From Hamiltosporidium tvaerminnensis FI-OER-3-3 (Eukaryota > Fungi > Microsporidia), in the NCBI GenBank assembly GCA_022605425.2, contig CM061249.1:434001-498000 (forward strand): DNA of 64,000 nt. Reading direction: 5' to 3'. The position numbers were made by a program, and so were the translations under genes. The notes below the pieces were generated by a model, which did not search any database, was not told where the DNA came from, and saw only the letters and a list, made by a program, of their open reading frames with translations. This document shows, piece by piece, positions 50,488 to 63,400 of this stretch. Numbering within the stretch: position 1 is the stretch's first letter; every line of letters starts with the position of its first letter.

Positions 50488-53353
50488 CTAACATATAAAT
50501 CCTTTTTCTTCTTCAAACAGTACATGGATATATTTAAAAGTATTTATAATTTCATATTCGTAAAAAACGTTAGAATATTTTTCAAAAATATGCTTATAAA
50601 TTAAAATATAGTCATATCCTTCAAAAGAGTTATTAATAGATTTGTCTATAAAGGCATTATCAGTATCATCTCTATTGTTATTATTTCTCATTTCTTTTTC
50701 GACTTTTTCATCTACAATTTTGTCATTATCTATTTTATTATTTTTATCCTTTTTGCTTTCCAATTGCGTTTTATAACTTTCACTTGTGGCTTCCAATAAA
50801 TCCATATACATTTCATATTCATAGAAAATAACTTTTTGCCCATCAAATCTTTTACAGACAACTAAATCTTTCATTTTAACTGTTATGTCAGGATTTCTAG
50901 AAACGCTTTTTATATTTACATTTTCATAGCAAATAAAAGAATATACTGGTAAAGAATATGGACAGACAAAATAAAGTATTTCAATATTTTTTGTATTTTG
51001 GACCACAGATATATCTTTACCCAATACATTTTGGAAATCAACAGATATTTCGATTTTATTTCTTTCCGAATTCTTTATATTTTTATTCTTGTAGAAATCC
51101 AAATCTGTATTTGCTGCAAAAAAACTTTCTGTCAGTATTTTTTCGACTTCTGTTTTCATAAAAAAACTAATATCAAAAGTATTTTGATGTACCAATCCGA
51201 TATAAAGTCCTATAAAAAATGTTATATAAAGATCAACATATAAAACACCGGAGTATAACTTTTTACGTATATAATTTATACCACCCGTATTTCTGTAAGA
51301 CATTTTATTAATACTTATAGCACATAAAAGATTACAAAAAGGTATAACAGGGACAATAAACCGCATTTCTTTATGCTTTAATGCAGAATAAAATATTAAA
51401 TAAATTAAAACAGATATAGCAATATTTTGATTGGCGTTAAAATTCAAAAATAAAAATGTACCAGTAAAACCTGTTAAAACAATGAAAAACCATACGTAAC
51501 TTAGTACGTGTTGTTCGCCAAACACTTCACTTACTGACCACCTTACATTTACATTAAAAAATACAAAAGGAACAAATGTTAATTCCTTATAAAAATAACT
51601 GTCCACCAAAGCCATCAATAGTACTAATAAAAGACAACAAGGTATATTCTTTATAAATACCATGATAATACTTAATACTCTTCTACCATATCTATTATAT
51701 AAATCAAGATCTTCAGCATCTTCAAAATCATTAATCTTAGAATTTATAACAGAAACCTCTGTGTCTATTTGTCCTTTGATTTTAGATTGGCCATGTGTAT
51801 CATCAGATTTGTAAATATCTTTATTTTTTGTATCTTTGATAGATTCTTTCGTTTTATAATCATTGCTTTTGTCTTCTGGCTTATAACATTCCTTTGCATC
51901 ATTGTAAGAGATATTTTCTTCGTAATGATTATATTTATTATCTTGTTTATAATTTACTTGATTATCTGCAAGTTTGAGTTGTTCGTTATCTTTCTCAGAA
52001 TAGAAACATTCTTTGTAATTATTAAAATCAGTATTTTTTTCATTTGCAGATTTTTTTAAATTTTCATCGATTTTGGAATCTGTTTTACTACAAAAAATAT
52101 TTCTTATTTTAAAAAACGCTTCAACGAATTTATTCTTAATCATACGTATTATATAAAGACAAATACAACATACCTTCACAAGCTTCAAATAATTAACTAT
52201 GCTATGCAATTTAGAGCAAGTTACTGGATTTACATTTTCTGTTCTATCTTTTGACTGGTTGCAATCATTATTATTTGTTTCATTACATTCTAATTTTTCC
52301 AGTTGTAAATTATTAGATTCAGGAAGATTCTTTTTATTCTTTCTCATTTTATCATCTTCGATTGATGAATAATTTTTTTGGAAAACAGCAAAAAAAATAT
52401 GAACACCACTCAAAAATAAAATACTTGAACGTAAATAGAAAATAAAACACAAACACAAAAAGGAATTGTAGGTGTTTTAAATGTTTCTAGAGCATATAAA
52501 CACAATACAGCCATAAAAAGTTCAAAAGAGTTTATATGAGATCGAGGGGAATATAACCACAATCCATGTGAAAGCGCAGTAACATAGATAAGTGTATCCT
52601 CGTCTGCTTTATAAATAGTTCCGAGTTTTATTATAAGATAATCTGCCAACCCCGCGATTATTCCATTTACTATTTTAGAAACCAAATATCCATATTTACC
52701 ATACAAAGGTAAGATTGAATACTTGACTACCATTTCATCAAAAAACTGATATTTCGACTCCAATATTACCAAAACAACCAAATATAAATTATTTAGTATA
52801 TTTAGATGGCTTAAAAATCCTATAATCTGTCTTAAACCAAATCTTTCGAGATTATTATTTTGAAAATTTGTTTTCCTTATTTTTAAAACCTCTTTTTTCC
52901 CCATACATTTTAAAGCAACATCATCTTTAGGACAATTAATAATTTGATTTCTATTTTTGGTCTTTTCGTTAATAAGAAACCTACCAGAATCAGTTAATTT
53001 AAAAATACATAACACCACAGTAAAACAACATAAAAGACAAAGAAATATAAAATTCAAAAACAAAAAAATATTAAAATTATTCCGTATATAAACCAGACAA
53101 AAAAATCTAAAAACATCGCTAAATATCTTAAAAAAGTAAAGTGGTATAAAATATAAAAGAACATAATTAACCGATCTTATACCAATCATCCAATCCCATG
53201 TAAGTGTTCCTTTAGTATAAAAAATATAATTTATAGGTTCAAGATTCTGCCATATTTCATCCGGTTCAAATACTGTTTTGAGAAGAAATGAATTGTTAAG
53301 TCTGTAAAGAATAAAAAATAGAAGAAGATTGTTCTTATGGTTTTCAAAATCAT
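50488..53353 (-). CDS. GPI10: GPI mannosyltransferase III (PIG-B/Gpi10, GT22), with frameshifts near 53305 and 52460
   Basis: RLNNSFLLKTVFEPDEIWQNLEP, LTWDW..GIRS, RSHINSFE, DSYFY and HKEMRFIVPVIP. Likely ATG at 53353 with CCC 4 nt upstream. The two ORFs join by one T in a T-run. Confidence 0.8.
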
Positions 53354-55026
53354 AAAAGGGTAAAAGTAAACGCAATTAAAGTTTATTTTAATCATTTTAT
53401 AAAAAGATAAATTAAAATATATTTATAAAAATTAATTTTTTATTTTTGTGAGTATTTTATTTATAATATTTGTTTAAAATCATTTCTTTTAAATTTCATT
53501 TCATTTTCGCACTTCAAACTTCTCATATTTCTGCTCAGTGGATTTCAATTTCATTTTTTACTTTAAAATTATTTATTATTTTAAACGAGTTGCAAGTAAT
53601 TTTCTTTCACTTTCTACTCTAAATCTTCTTAAAAAACAGGATTAAATCAAGTTATAGAGTTGAAAAAAAAAGAATCAAATAGCCAATAAAATTTTACCCA
53701 AATATATTTGTCAATGTTTTATTTAAAATATTAAATTTATCTTGAGAAACTACGTAATTATGAAATCATTGAATGAAATTATAAAAAAAAATGTTTTACA
53801 AATAAATATTTTTTGCAAAGAAGATTTCACAAGACAGAAACTCATGATCAAAATTTTAATTTGGTATATTATGCCCTCCTTTTTTTACTCTTGATTCGAT
53901 GCATTATATAATTATTTAAATCTTTAATACTCTTTTTCGTTTCTTTCTGTATTTTTAATTATTTTTACCTACGAAATAAACAGTAAATATAACTCAGAAA
54001 TAATAAACACCAATAAATATAAAAGAATAATTGAAGATTTTCTTGTATCTTTAATTCATATTTCGAAGTAACTATATTACTGGTATAAATTAAATTTAAT
54101 TGTAGTAAATCAGATTATGTATATTTTATAAAAATATACGGAATATAAAATATATGAAGATTATATTTTCTAAAATTGATATGGAATGCAGGCTTTACCA
54201 TATTTTGCTATAAAAATATAGATTTATCACTTTTATTTACAAAAAAAATATTTACACACATTAAAACTACAACAATTTCAAATTATAAACTAGTATATAT
54301 TACAGTAGAAAATAGAATTACATTCAATGGATACAAATTTTTAAATATTTAGAAAAAATCGTATAACAGACGATTGCACCTTAACCAATATTTAACTAAA
54401 AAGGAGCTTTCAAAGTAAACTTAAAATATTTTTCAATTATTTTGTCGAGGCTTTTAGAATTAAAAATAATTTAATCAATTTTATATTGCATCTGTTAAAA
54501 ATACATCCCAGAAAAAGTTATCCGAATGCCTTTCATAACTTGATAGTCCTTATATATCCTACTTTGATATTAGAAAGTTCTTATTTTTTTCTAAATTAAA
54601 TAAACTTTTAGCAAAAATGTTAAGAGTTTTGATTATTTTTAACAAAAAGAATATAATTATATAGAAAATTTTATAAAAAGTTTATTTGATTTAGAAGAAA
54701 ATAAGAACTTTCTAATCAGAATGAGGAAATAAATTCTAAAAAAAACATTATAAAGAGACATAAGAGTTGTTGAGATAAATTTTTATCTTTATGATTAAAA
54801 AATATTGTAAATAGATCCAAATATAAAATGAAAATTAAAAACTGGCAGTAAAATAAATCACAAGTAGAAAGTAAAAACAATATAAGCTAATCATTTATTG
54901 AAAGAGAACCAAGTAAATATTAAATAAATAAATTTTATATGATGCTATTGGTCAGGCAGATTAAATTTTTTTAATTTTGAGCCATTTTTTTGATTTGTTA
55001 TTTGATAGCATAATACAGAATTTTAT

Positions 55027-55099
55027 GACCAGGCGGTGCAAGGATGACGCTCTTCGATTGGCACTCGATAGGTTGTAGGTTCGAATCCTGTCCTGGTCA
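55027..55099 (+). tRNA. Atypical tRNA(-like) gene, anticodon GGC (Ala), lacking G3:U70
   Basis: 73 nt. Acceptor stem GACCAGG/CCTGGTC plus A73, anticodon arm TCGA-TTGGCAC-TCGA, B-box GGTTCGAATCC, followed by a TTTTT Pol III terminator. Confidence 0.75.
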
Positions 55100-55320
55100 C
55101 TTTTTATGATTACCGTAAACTATAAATTTTTCAGTACAATGTGAATATCTCCTTTTTTATTTTAGAATTTTTATACTTTATTTACATTATAACATAGATA
55201 CTTCTAGCCAAATCTTTTATTTAAAAATTGATTCGAAAATTTACTTTTTTAGATATAAATTTCACAAGGTTTGATTAAAAATAATTTTAAGATTTTTTAT
55301 TCTACCCTACCCTTATAATT

Positions 55321-55547
55321 AATTACTTGCTTATTCCGTTCCTCTTTTACCTCTCAGTGTCGAGGATGAACAAATGAATGTTTTCCATCTGTTTCTTTTA
55401 ATCATTGTAACACGGGATTATAGGGGAATGGCCTATAGATTCGGTGTGGTTTATATCTCACAACAACGGCAGCAATAATTTTAATACGTATTTTAGACGT
55501 TCATTACTAAACAGGAAGTTTTTAATGTGGTTATCCTCCTTCCACAT
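55321..55547 (-). mobile_element. Short 5S-headed SINE-like repeat with RTE-like tail and 9-bp TSD (copy F)
   Basis: Minus strand reads GTGGAAGGAGGATAACCACATTAAAAACTTCCTG...CGGAATAAGCAAGTAA. Flanked by CTTATAATT at 55312-55320 and 55548-55556. Confidence 0.75.
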
Positions 55548-56150
55548 CTTATAATTTATTACTTGACGTAATAGAAAACACTTGGGTATGTCCACTCAAC
55601 ATATTTTGTACAGATTACATCTTTTGATCTGAATTTAAGCGTAAAACGAAATGTATTCTCTTAGTTTAGAAATAATATCATAACGTTTTTAAATTATTTT
55701 GATTTAATATAAAAAGTGCGAACAGCAATAATTATTTTCATATATGAAATAATAATTAGATTTGAGTTTCAATTTACATTAAATTTTAAGTTATTTAAAC
55801 TAAAAAAAAGATTTTTTTTACTGAGATCAAAATTATAAAATTACACATAGTACTTAATATTGTAAATTTATTGATTTTTAATACAGTTGAATGGTTAAAG
55901 GAATAAATGTTTAAGAATATAGTATTATTCACCAAATATATAATTTTTGAATTTGTTACTTTAAAAAATAGATATTTTGATATAATTAGTCTCTAAAATT
56001 ATTAATTAAGTTTGATCTACAAGACATGATTATTTTTTTAATAAATTTTATAATGAAATTTTTTTGGCTAATAAACCTACTTTTCGAAAATAAATATAAA
56101 TTTAAGTCTTTAAAACGAATTATGAGTCAGATTCTCAAATATAATTTATA

Positions 56151-56232
56151 AAATGAGTATGCAGAAATAAGAGTGGACATAAGAATAAAAACTGATAGAT
56201 AATATCAAGCAAGATAGACTTTATATATTTTT
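56151..56232 (+). mobile_element. Tiny R4-like endonuclease fragment
   Basis: AATGAGTATGCAGAAATAAGAGTGGACATAAGAATAAAAACTGAT translates to NEYAEIRVD.RIKTD, matching the RLE domain at ~46995-47040. Confidence 0.7.
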
Positions 56233-56313
56233 CCATAAAATTTTAGTTATATAACGCCCTATACAAGGGTTATCTAATAAGTTTATTTTTAAGATTTGTA
56301 TCAAATTACAAAT

Positions 56314-56516
56314 CTTATGACTTATGACTTATGACTTATGACTTATGACTTATGACTTATGACTTATGACTTATGACTTATGACTTATGACTTATGACTT
56401 ATGACTTATGACTTATGACTTATGACTTATGACTTATGACTTATGACTTATGACTTATGACTTATGACTTATGACTTATGACTTATGACTTATGACTTAT
56501 GACTTATGACTTATGA
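56314..56516. repeat. Perfect heptamer array (CTTATGA)29
   Basis: 203 bp, read directly. Confidence 0.97.
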
Positions 56517-57179
56517 AGAGAATTAAATATAATAAGTATTTTTTATAAGTGTAGCGTCGAGATAATTTCTTATTTGATTGCATTATGTAATATTTTAGCA
56601 ATATATATAATATATATTTTATGACAAATTATCATCCAATTGTAGTACAAAAAAATTAATTACATATTATTTGAAGGATAAAGAAAATCAGTATTAAGAC
56701 AATCAAATAATACAATTAAAAATAGGAAATTATGGCTTAAGAAATCAATCGTAAAGAAAATATAAACTAATCATCTATAAAAAAGCATTTTTTTTCATAA
56801 AATATAATTATAAATAGAAAGTCATGTCTCAAGAAAATATCAACGAAAAACTACAAACCAAGTCACACTTAAAACAACTATATCATCTTTACTACGTTTA
56901 CAATGCATATTTAAAAGATAATGTACCAACACGTATACCTGTGACTAAAAAAACCTATCAATAAACAGAACCTTCAAATAATTGCAATCCAATCAAATTT
57001 TAAAAACCTTTGATAAAAAAAAATGCTTAAAATAGAACAAATCATATGAAATTGAAAAATCAAATCTCCTTTTTCTTCACAATTATTCATATTAAATATC
57101 CTCCTTTTCCTTTCAACAAACCACCCCTTTATTATCTTCTAATCCTATAAATTACATCCTTCCCTACATTACCCTCCTT

Positions 57180-58577
57180 ATGACTCTACATCGGTCAAAT
57201 AACAGAGACACATTTCATAAACTTACTAAAATTATCAAACAGCAATATAGCACTTTTACATCTCAAAACAAATATATTGTTTGTATTCAAGGATGTAGTG
57301 CATCGGGTAAATCTACACTTGCTTTAAATATTAAGAATACCCTTGAACAACACAATATATCTGTTTATGTTATACATCTTGACCAATATTATAAGAGTCT
57401 GAGTAAATCTAACGAGGATATAAAGGGTGTTATGAATGAGGGTAGTAACTTAGAGGGTGTTAATATCAACACTAGTGAATTTAAGGGTGGTAACACATGT
57501 AGTGGTGATTTAAAGGGGGATAATTATACTACTACTAATCATAAGGGTGTTAATATCAATATAAGTAATAATAAGGGTGTTAATATTAATACTACTAATC
57601 ATAAGGGTGTTAATAATAGTACTAGTAATCATAAGGGTGTTAATACTAATACATACGATTTTGATAACCCTTCAGCTATTGACTGGTTAAACGTACATAA
57701 AACCCTTTAGTCTTAACACCAAATAACCCTTACATTCCAATATATAATTACTCATTTATAACAGAACAATCTACTGGTCCTACATATATTCCTAATACAT
57801 ATCCTACTGTTATAGTAATAGAAGGTATTTACGCTTATCAAGTATTATCTCCTATTCATTTTAATACAGACTTGTTAAATCCTTATTGTAAGAATAACAC
57901 TGTAACTTACATACCTAACAAGTATAAAACTCTTTATTCTTTTCACTCTTCAAATAATAAGAATGGGTTATTTACTAGGAATTTAAACTTTGAAAATTTA
58001 TTAAAATCCATGGGAATAAAGGGTGATAAAAATAGTAATGATAACATCCCTTTAAATAACAATGATGGTAATAACACCCCTTTAAACATACTACATACAA
58101 ATAACACCCCCCTTCATAAATTTTCAAATTTAAAAATATTAAATATTCGCCTTTCTATTTGTAAAAGTAAAGCCTTATCTATAAGAATAACTCGCGATAC
58201 ACTTTATTATAATAAGCTTTATTCTTATTCTTTACACCAATTCAATACACAGGTATGGCCATCTACACTTAAATATATTAATAGTACAGTTTATACTGAT
58301 AATATTAAAATTATACACGGTTCATTTAATAAGAGATGTGAATATCTTATTAAAGGATTGGTAGATTACTTTGATGATAATAAATCTAATAATAGTAGTA
58401 AGAATAGTAATAATATATTTTAATTGCAATAAACAATTAGTAGTTAGTAAACACATATATAATCAAGAAAGTGTTACTGTTCTACCTTCTCATGATATGT
58501 ACTGTAAGTCGCTTGTAAGTTGTACGGGAGAATGCATATTTGAAAGTAATAACGATATGACACTCTATGATGAGTAA
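57180..58577 (+). CDS. URK1: Uridine kinase-like P-loop kinase with low-complexity insertions; frameshift near 57705, possibly another near 58420
   Basis: ICIQGCSASGKST-type P-loop, IHLDQYYK and YDFDNPSAIDW. After restoring one base the frame continues IPIYNYSF, VIVIEGIY, RITRD and QVWPST.KYI. CCC lies upstream of the ATG. Confidence 0.8.
57423..57650 (+). repeat. In-frame 30-nt minisatellite (AAGGGTGTTAAT core, KGVN), about 8 units
   Basis: 10-aa period in the protein (NHKGVNINTT). Confidence 0.9.
58042..58114 (-). repeat. Inverted 30-nt minisatellite (TAACACCCCTT core, NTPL), 3 units
   Basis: TAAC at 58042, 58072 and 58102. The core is approximately the reverse complement of the 57423 array core. 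Confidence 0.75.
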
Positions 58578-60427
58578 AAAAATTTACGTTTTTTTTTAGT
58601 TTTTTTAGTAAATTTTAAACATTATTTACGGTAAAATTTGAAAATTTTATTCATTATTAATAATATTTTGTTTCTGTTTATTTTCAGAAGTTTGTAAATT
58701 TGGTGTTTTTAAATATTAAAATATATTATTTGGAAGTTAATGAGTGTTTAAAATCAAAATGTAATTTTTAAAAATTATTTAGAAACGATAAATTCAATAT
58801 ATTTCTATCGTTTTTTCGGTTCTAAGAGAAACCCTGATTTAAATACTTTTTTTGTTTCTGTTTTATCTATAAGAAGATCTCCAAAATCTTATTGGTGTGA
58901 TATATACTAGAATAGAAGAAAAAATATTGTATTGTCTCAAATGATTACATGAATAATGAAATTAGGGAGAAATATTTTAAATTCATAATTACTTTTCTTT
59001 TTTTCACTATCAAATCAAAAAAAATATTTTTTAATCTCTCTATATAGAGTAAAGTTCGGAAATTTTCTATTATGTTTCTTGATCTTATAAACTTTGTATT
59101 GCACTTTTTCAAGAAATATTTTAATAATAAATATTTTAAATTTTCGTAAAAGACGGCAAAAAATAAAGGTTCTGAAAACAATCCCTCAACTGCTATACAA
59201 TATCTTTAGATATTTTAAAAGTAAACAATACTGCTATATTTCATGGAAAATATATAGTAGGTGAATTTACATTGGTTAAAAACTTACCTTTAAATATTAA
59301 ATTCAAGTATAATAACATGCATTTCATTAGACTTAGATAAAATTATAAAAATTTGCCTGATTCGTCTTTTTTATTGCTTAATTTCAGAAGTTTTAAAATA
59401 CTTTGAAATCCAAATAAAGATTTTTCTCATGATGGTGTTACCGGCCTATAAAAAAAATATAATTTGTGTGAAAACCAACAATAATATTAGACTTAGGCAA
59501 AAATATTTTCACATTAAACATTTTGAATGTATTTTGAAAATATTATAGCTAAATTCTATTCCTCGAGCATACTTAAAACAACATTAACTCATATTTTATT
59601 TACTATATATTATAACGAATTAGATTTAAAGTAATATATAGAGAATATAAGCGTATTTCATTAACTCTAAAAATTTATTGCAGGTTTATTTTAATAGTTT
59701 TATTTTTAAAAATGTCATATTTCCGCTTCTTTTTTCTACCAATTAATCTACACTGAATTTTCAGCTTTCAATGCTTCATTAATAGATAAGTTTTTATTTA
59801 AATATGATATTGTTCCTGTATATTTATTGTGTAAAAAAATCTAATCGAAGTTTACTAACTATTTGTGCTTAGCGTAGATGACCTTTAGATTTAGAATACT
59901 TGGTGAGAATTAAAAAAAATATTTAAAATAACCCTTGTTTCTTTGTCAATGCCTTTTTTATGCTTACTCCGCAATACTTGCCTTGCTTTTTGTATATTAA
60001 TGTTGTACTTTTTTCTAAACATATGACTTTTACAATATCATAAATATTTTTTTAATAAAGATAGAAGCTTATAAATATTGAATTATTTATTGGTTCGTTG
60101 GATAAACGTATATATTATATAAGAGCAAATATTTACTTCAGATTTTTTTTAGTTTTGAAGAATTGAAAAGACCAATCTTCTTTTCAAATTTCAAAAAATA
60201 ATCAATTTTGCTTGTAAATAAATGTAAGTGCCGTAATTTTCGGGAAGGCAGCTAAGTTTGAAGTATGTCTCTAACAAGGAGATCGTATTCCTGCTCACCA
60301 TTCCTCTGTTGTTGTAAAGTAAAGAATTGTTTTTAGAAAAATTGTCTTTATTAATTTTGTTAATGATGGCACACCCCTCCTTTTTATTTTAAAATATAAA
60401 ATAAAAATATTATATTTTGTGATATAA

Positions 60428-63400
60428 ATTTATTTAATAAAATTCTGGGTTAAAATATTTTTACCATTTTTTATATGTTTTCTTCTACCTCTTTAACCAC
60501 TTTTGTCTCTTCTTCCAAATCCGACTCTTTATTTACGTTATTGGTCGGTTCCTCTAAAGTAGTTCCTCCTTGTGAAATAAGGGATGCTTTATTTTTTGTT
60601 TTAAAATTTTTTGCACCATCTTCCTCTCTTTTCGCTTCTTTTAAAGGGGGTGTTGGTTCCTCATGCATCTCTGCTCTCATAATAACACACATTGACGCTC
60701 TTTCCAACTCTCTTCGGCATTAGTCCTGACTCAAGTCCTCTTCGTCGATCAAGGGAAATTGTTTCGACTGTCTTCTTAAGTACTATAGACTGAATGTATG
60801 CTTCTACATTCATGGGTATTTCTAGTCTTTTAAGATGAGATTTATAGTATTTTGTCACAATACCGTCCCAGGTCATCACATAAGGGATTATCTCAACACT
60901 AAACCTATAAATAAGACCCAACTCATTGGCTAGCAGGTCATACTTCCTAAGTTTTTCAGTTTCACCATTTGAAGTGAATCTTGGGAAGTGATTCCTACTT
61001 CAATGAGTGTTATCTTATTCTTCTTCTTATCTAAAATAAATATGTCGGGTCTGTTATTCCGAATTTTAACATCAGTTTTAATTCTGGTGTCCACTCTTAT
61101 CTCTGCATACTCATTATCAAGAATTTCTTGAACTGAGTGACTCCTAATTCGTTTTGAAAACTTAAACTTATATCTATTTAAGAGAAGTAAGTGTAGGCAT
61201 CTAACCACTTCATTATGTCGTCTGGTGTAGTCATGGCCTAGCATTTTTTCGCATCGAGTGGCTAGATGATCTACAGTCTTACCAGATTTATTGCAATGTT
61301 GACACACACCATCTGCACCCCAGAATACATTTCTATCCTGGATATAGCAGAACACAGCTTCATTTCGTGGCCGAATATTCCCTCTCTTTAGCCATCTTGA
61401 AAAGTCACTAACACTTACAAGCTCATTTTTCCTTGCATTATATAACTTTGAATGGAGTTTTCGTTTTTCTATTTCGTTATATAGTTTTGCAAGTTGAGCT
61501 TCTTCTACCAACCTGTACTTTACTTTTAAGAAGCCTTTTATTAGTGCAAGGTGGGTTTTATTATTATTCTCAATCTTGAGGATTGCTGCTCGTCTAGTTG
61601 ATGTTTCTTTACTTTTTTCCAGACAATCCAAGAGTTGCAGAAGCATATGTTCGCTTCGCAACTCAACACTATGTAGACCTCTTCCAAGTTCTGTTCTAGG
61701 AAGGTATAAACGCTCTTTACATCCTGGGCGGAGATGTATCTTATTCTTTACCAACACCGCATGACCTGCATCATCTATCTTAGAGAAGTCAGCCGGTTCA
61801 AGTCGAAGTACTCCTATGTGGTAGTTGATTTACGATATCGCATGTTGATTGATTGCAGAAAATAAATTTTTTGCATTTAATCTAGTGTGAAAAAGTCTTT
61901 AAACTCTTGATATAAGTTTACTCTGTACTTCTTCAAATGAGCTACGTGTTGGGATTTCTCTGCTATCTTCTATTATTCCTAAATATTTGTAAACACTAAC
62001 ACCTTCTAGAAGAGTAGCAGTATCTTCACAACGTGTATCATTTGTGGCTGACTTCTCTTTGTTAATCTCTAAGCCAATCACCTCTAAAAATACCTTAGCC
62101 TCGTCTGTCATAGCACTCAATGTCGAACTGTCTTTAGCAAGGAGCTTTAGATCATCAATAAACAAGAATGATTAGTAGAATGAGATTCTGCATCTGTTTG
62201 TACTGTCACTTTTGTGTATTTTTCATTAAGTTTTCGGCTTAATGGATCCATACACAACACAAATAACAAAGGTGACAGACTATCTCCTTGTAGAATCCCT
62301 CTATCAATCTTCTTGCTCATGATTTTTTAAGGCCCTACTGAAATATTGATTTTCCATTTTGATATAATTACCTTAATAAATTTCAGGATCTAATCAGGTA
62401 AATTAAGGTTTTCAATGCATTGAGTTAAATAAGCATGATCTTTTAAATCATAAGCCTTTTTAAAATCATCCATGTTGCCTTAAGATTATTTCCATACTCT
62501 TTATTTAGGGCAATATATAGTAAAGCCTGCTCTTTCGCTCCCTGCACACCTCTTACCGCCCCTAATTGGTTCTCTGCAAGCAACCTTCGCCTTTCCACTT
62601 CAATTTGAGCGACTTTCGTTACACACTTTGTCGTTAACTTGTAGAGGTAGGACATACAAGTAATTGGCCTGTAGTCAGAGCCTCTTCGTGGGATTCCTTT
62701 CGGTATCAAATAGGTAAGCCCGCAGTAAAACCAATCAGCTTGAGGTGTTCCTTCTAAACATATAACTTTCACAATATCATAAAGATATTTGTGAAGAGTT
62801 GTAAGTTTCTTAATGAAAAAATTGTAAATACCATCAATTCCAGCGGCTTTCCAATTAGGAAGCCAATTAATGATATTTATTAATTCATCAAGGAAAGGAA
62901 ACGTGGTCGGATGATTATCTGATACAAATGGAATCAAATAATCACCATACGTGACTGTGTCATCATTTTTGTTCCACATTGTAGACCAAAAACTCACAAT
63001 TTCATCACAGCAAACCACATGCTCGGATTCTACACGCTCAGATAACCCACGATAAAATCGACCCCGGAAAAGCTCAAACATACGATTCTCTTTTCGGAAT
63101 TGCTTCCTACTTTCATGCATCGTAATTTTTTTCTCGTAAACATTCAAAGATTCATTCTTCTTAACTAAAGCCTCAGAAAGATCAGTTACACTGCTTAAGT
63201 TTAAATTAAACTCTCGCATGATTTTCTTAAGGCTCTTCGTTTAAGAGGTGGAGAGCTTTTCCTGCTTACGAGCCTTCTCGAGAAAATCTTTGGAAAGTAC
63301 TAACTTAGAAATTTTACTTTCTATGTTTTCCTTCCAAGCGGATCTAGGCTTTTCTTTGCGTGTTGCCTCGTTATAGCATACCTGGGCTGCCTGGATTATC

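Noticed and set aside
55052-55057. Intron-containing tRNA-Arg (CT-TCG-A)
   Set aside because: No anticodon stem forms in that register and the D arm would be destroyed. The 73-nt cloverleaf centres on GGC.
55406-55546. Solo LTR (TGTAAC...CCACA)
   Set aside because: Homology with the 117-340 copy extends ~85 bp beyond the TG, and the TSD lies at the outer boundary.
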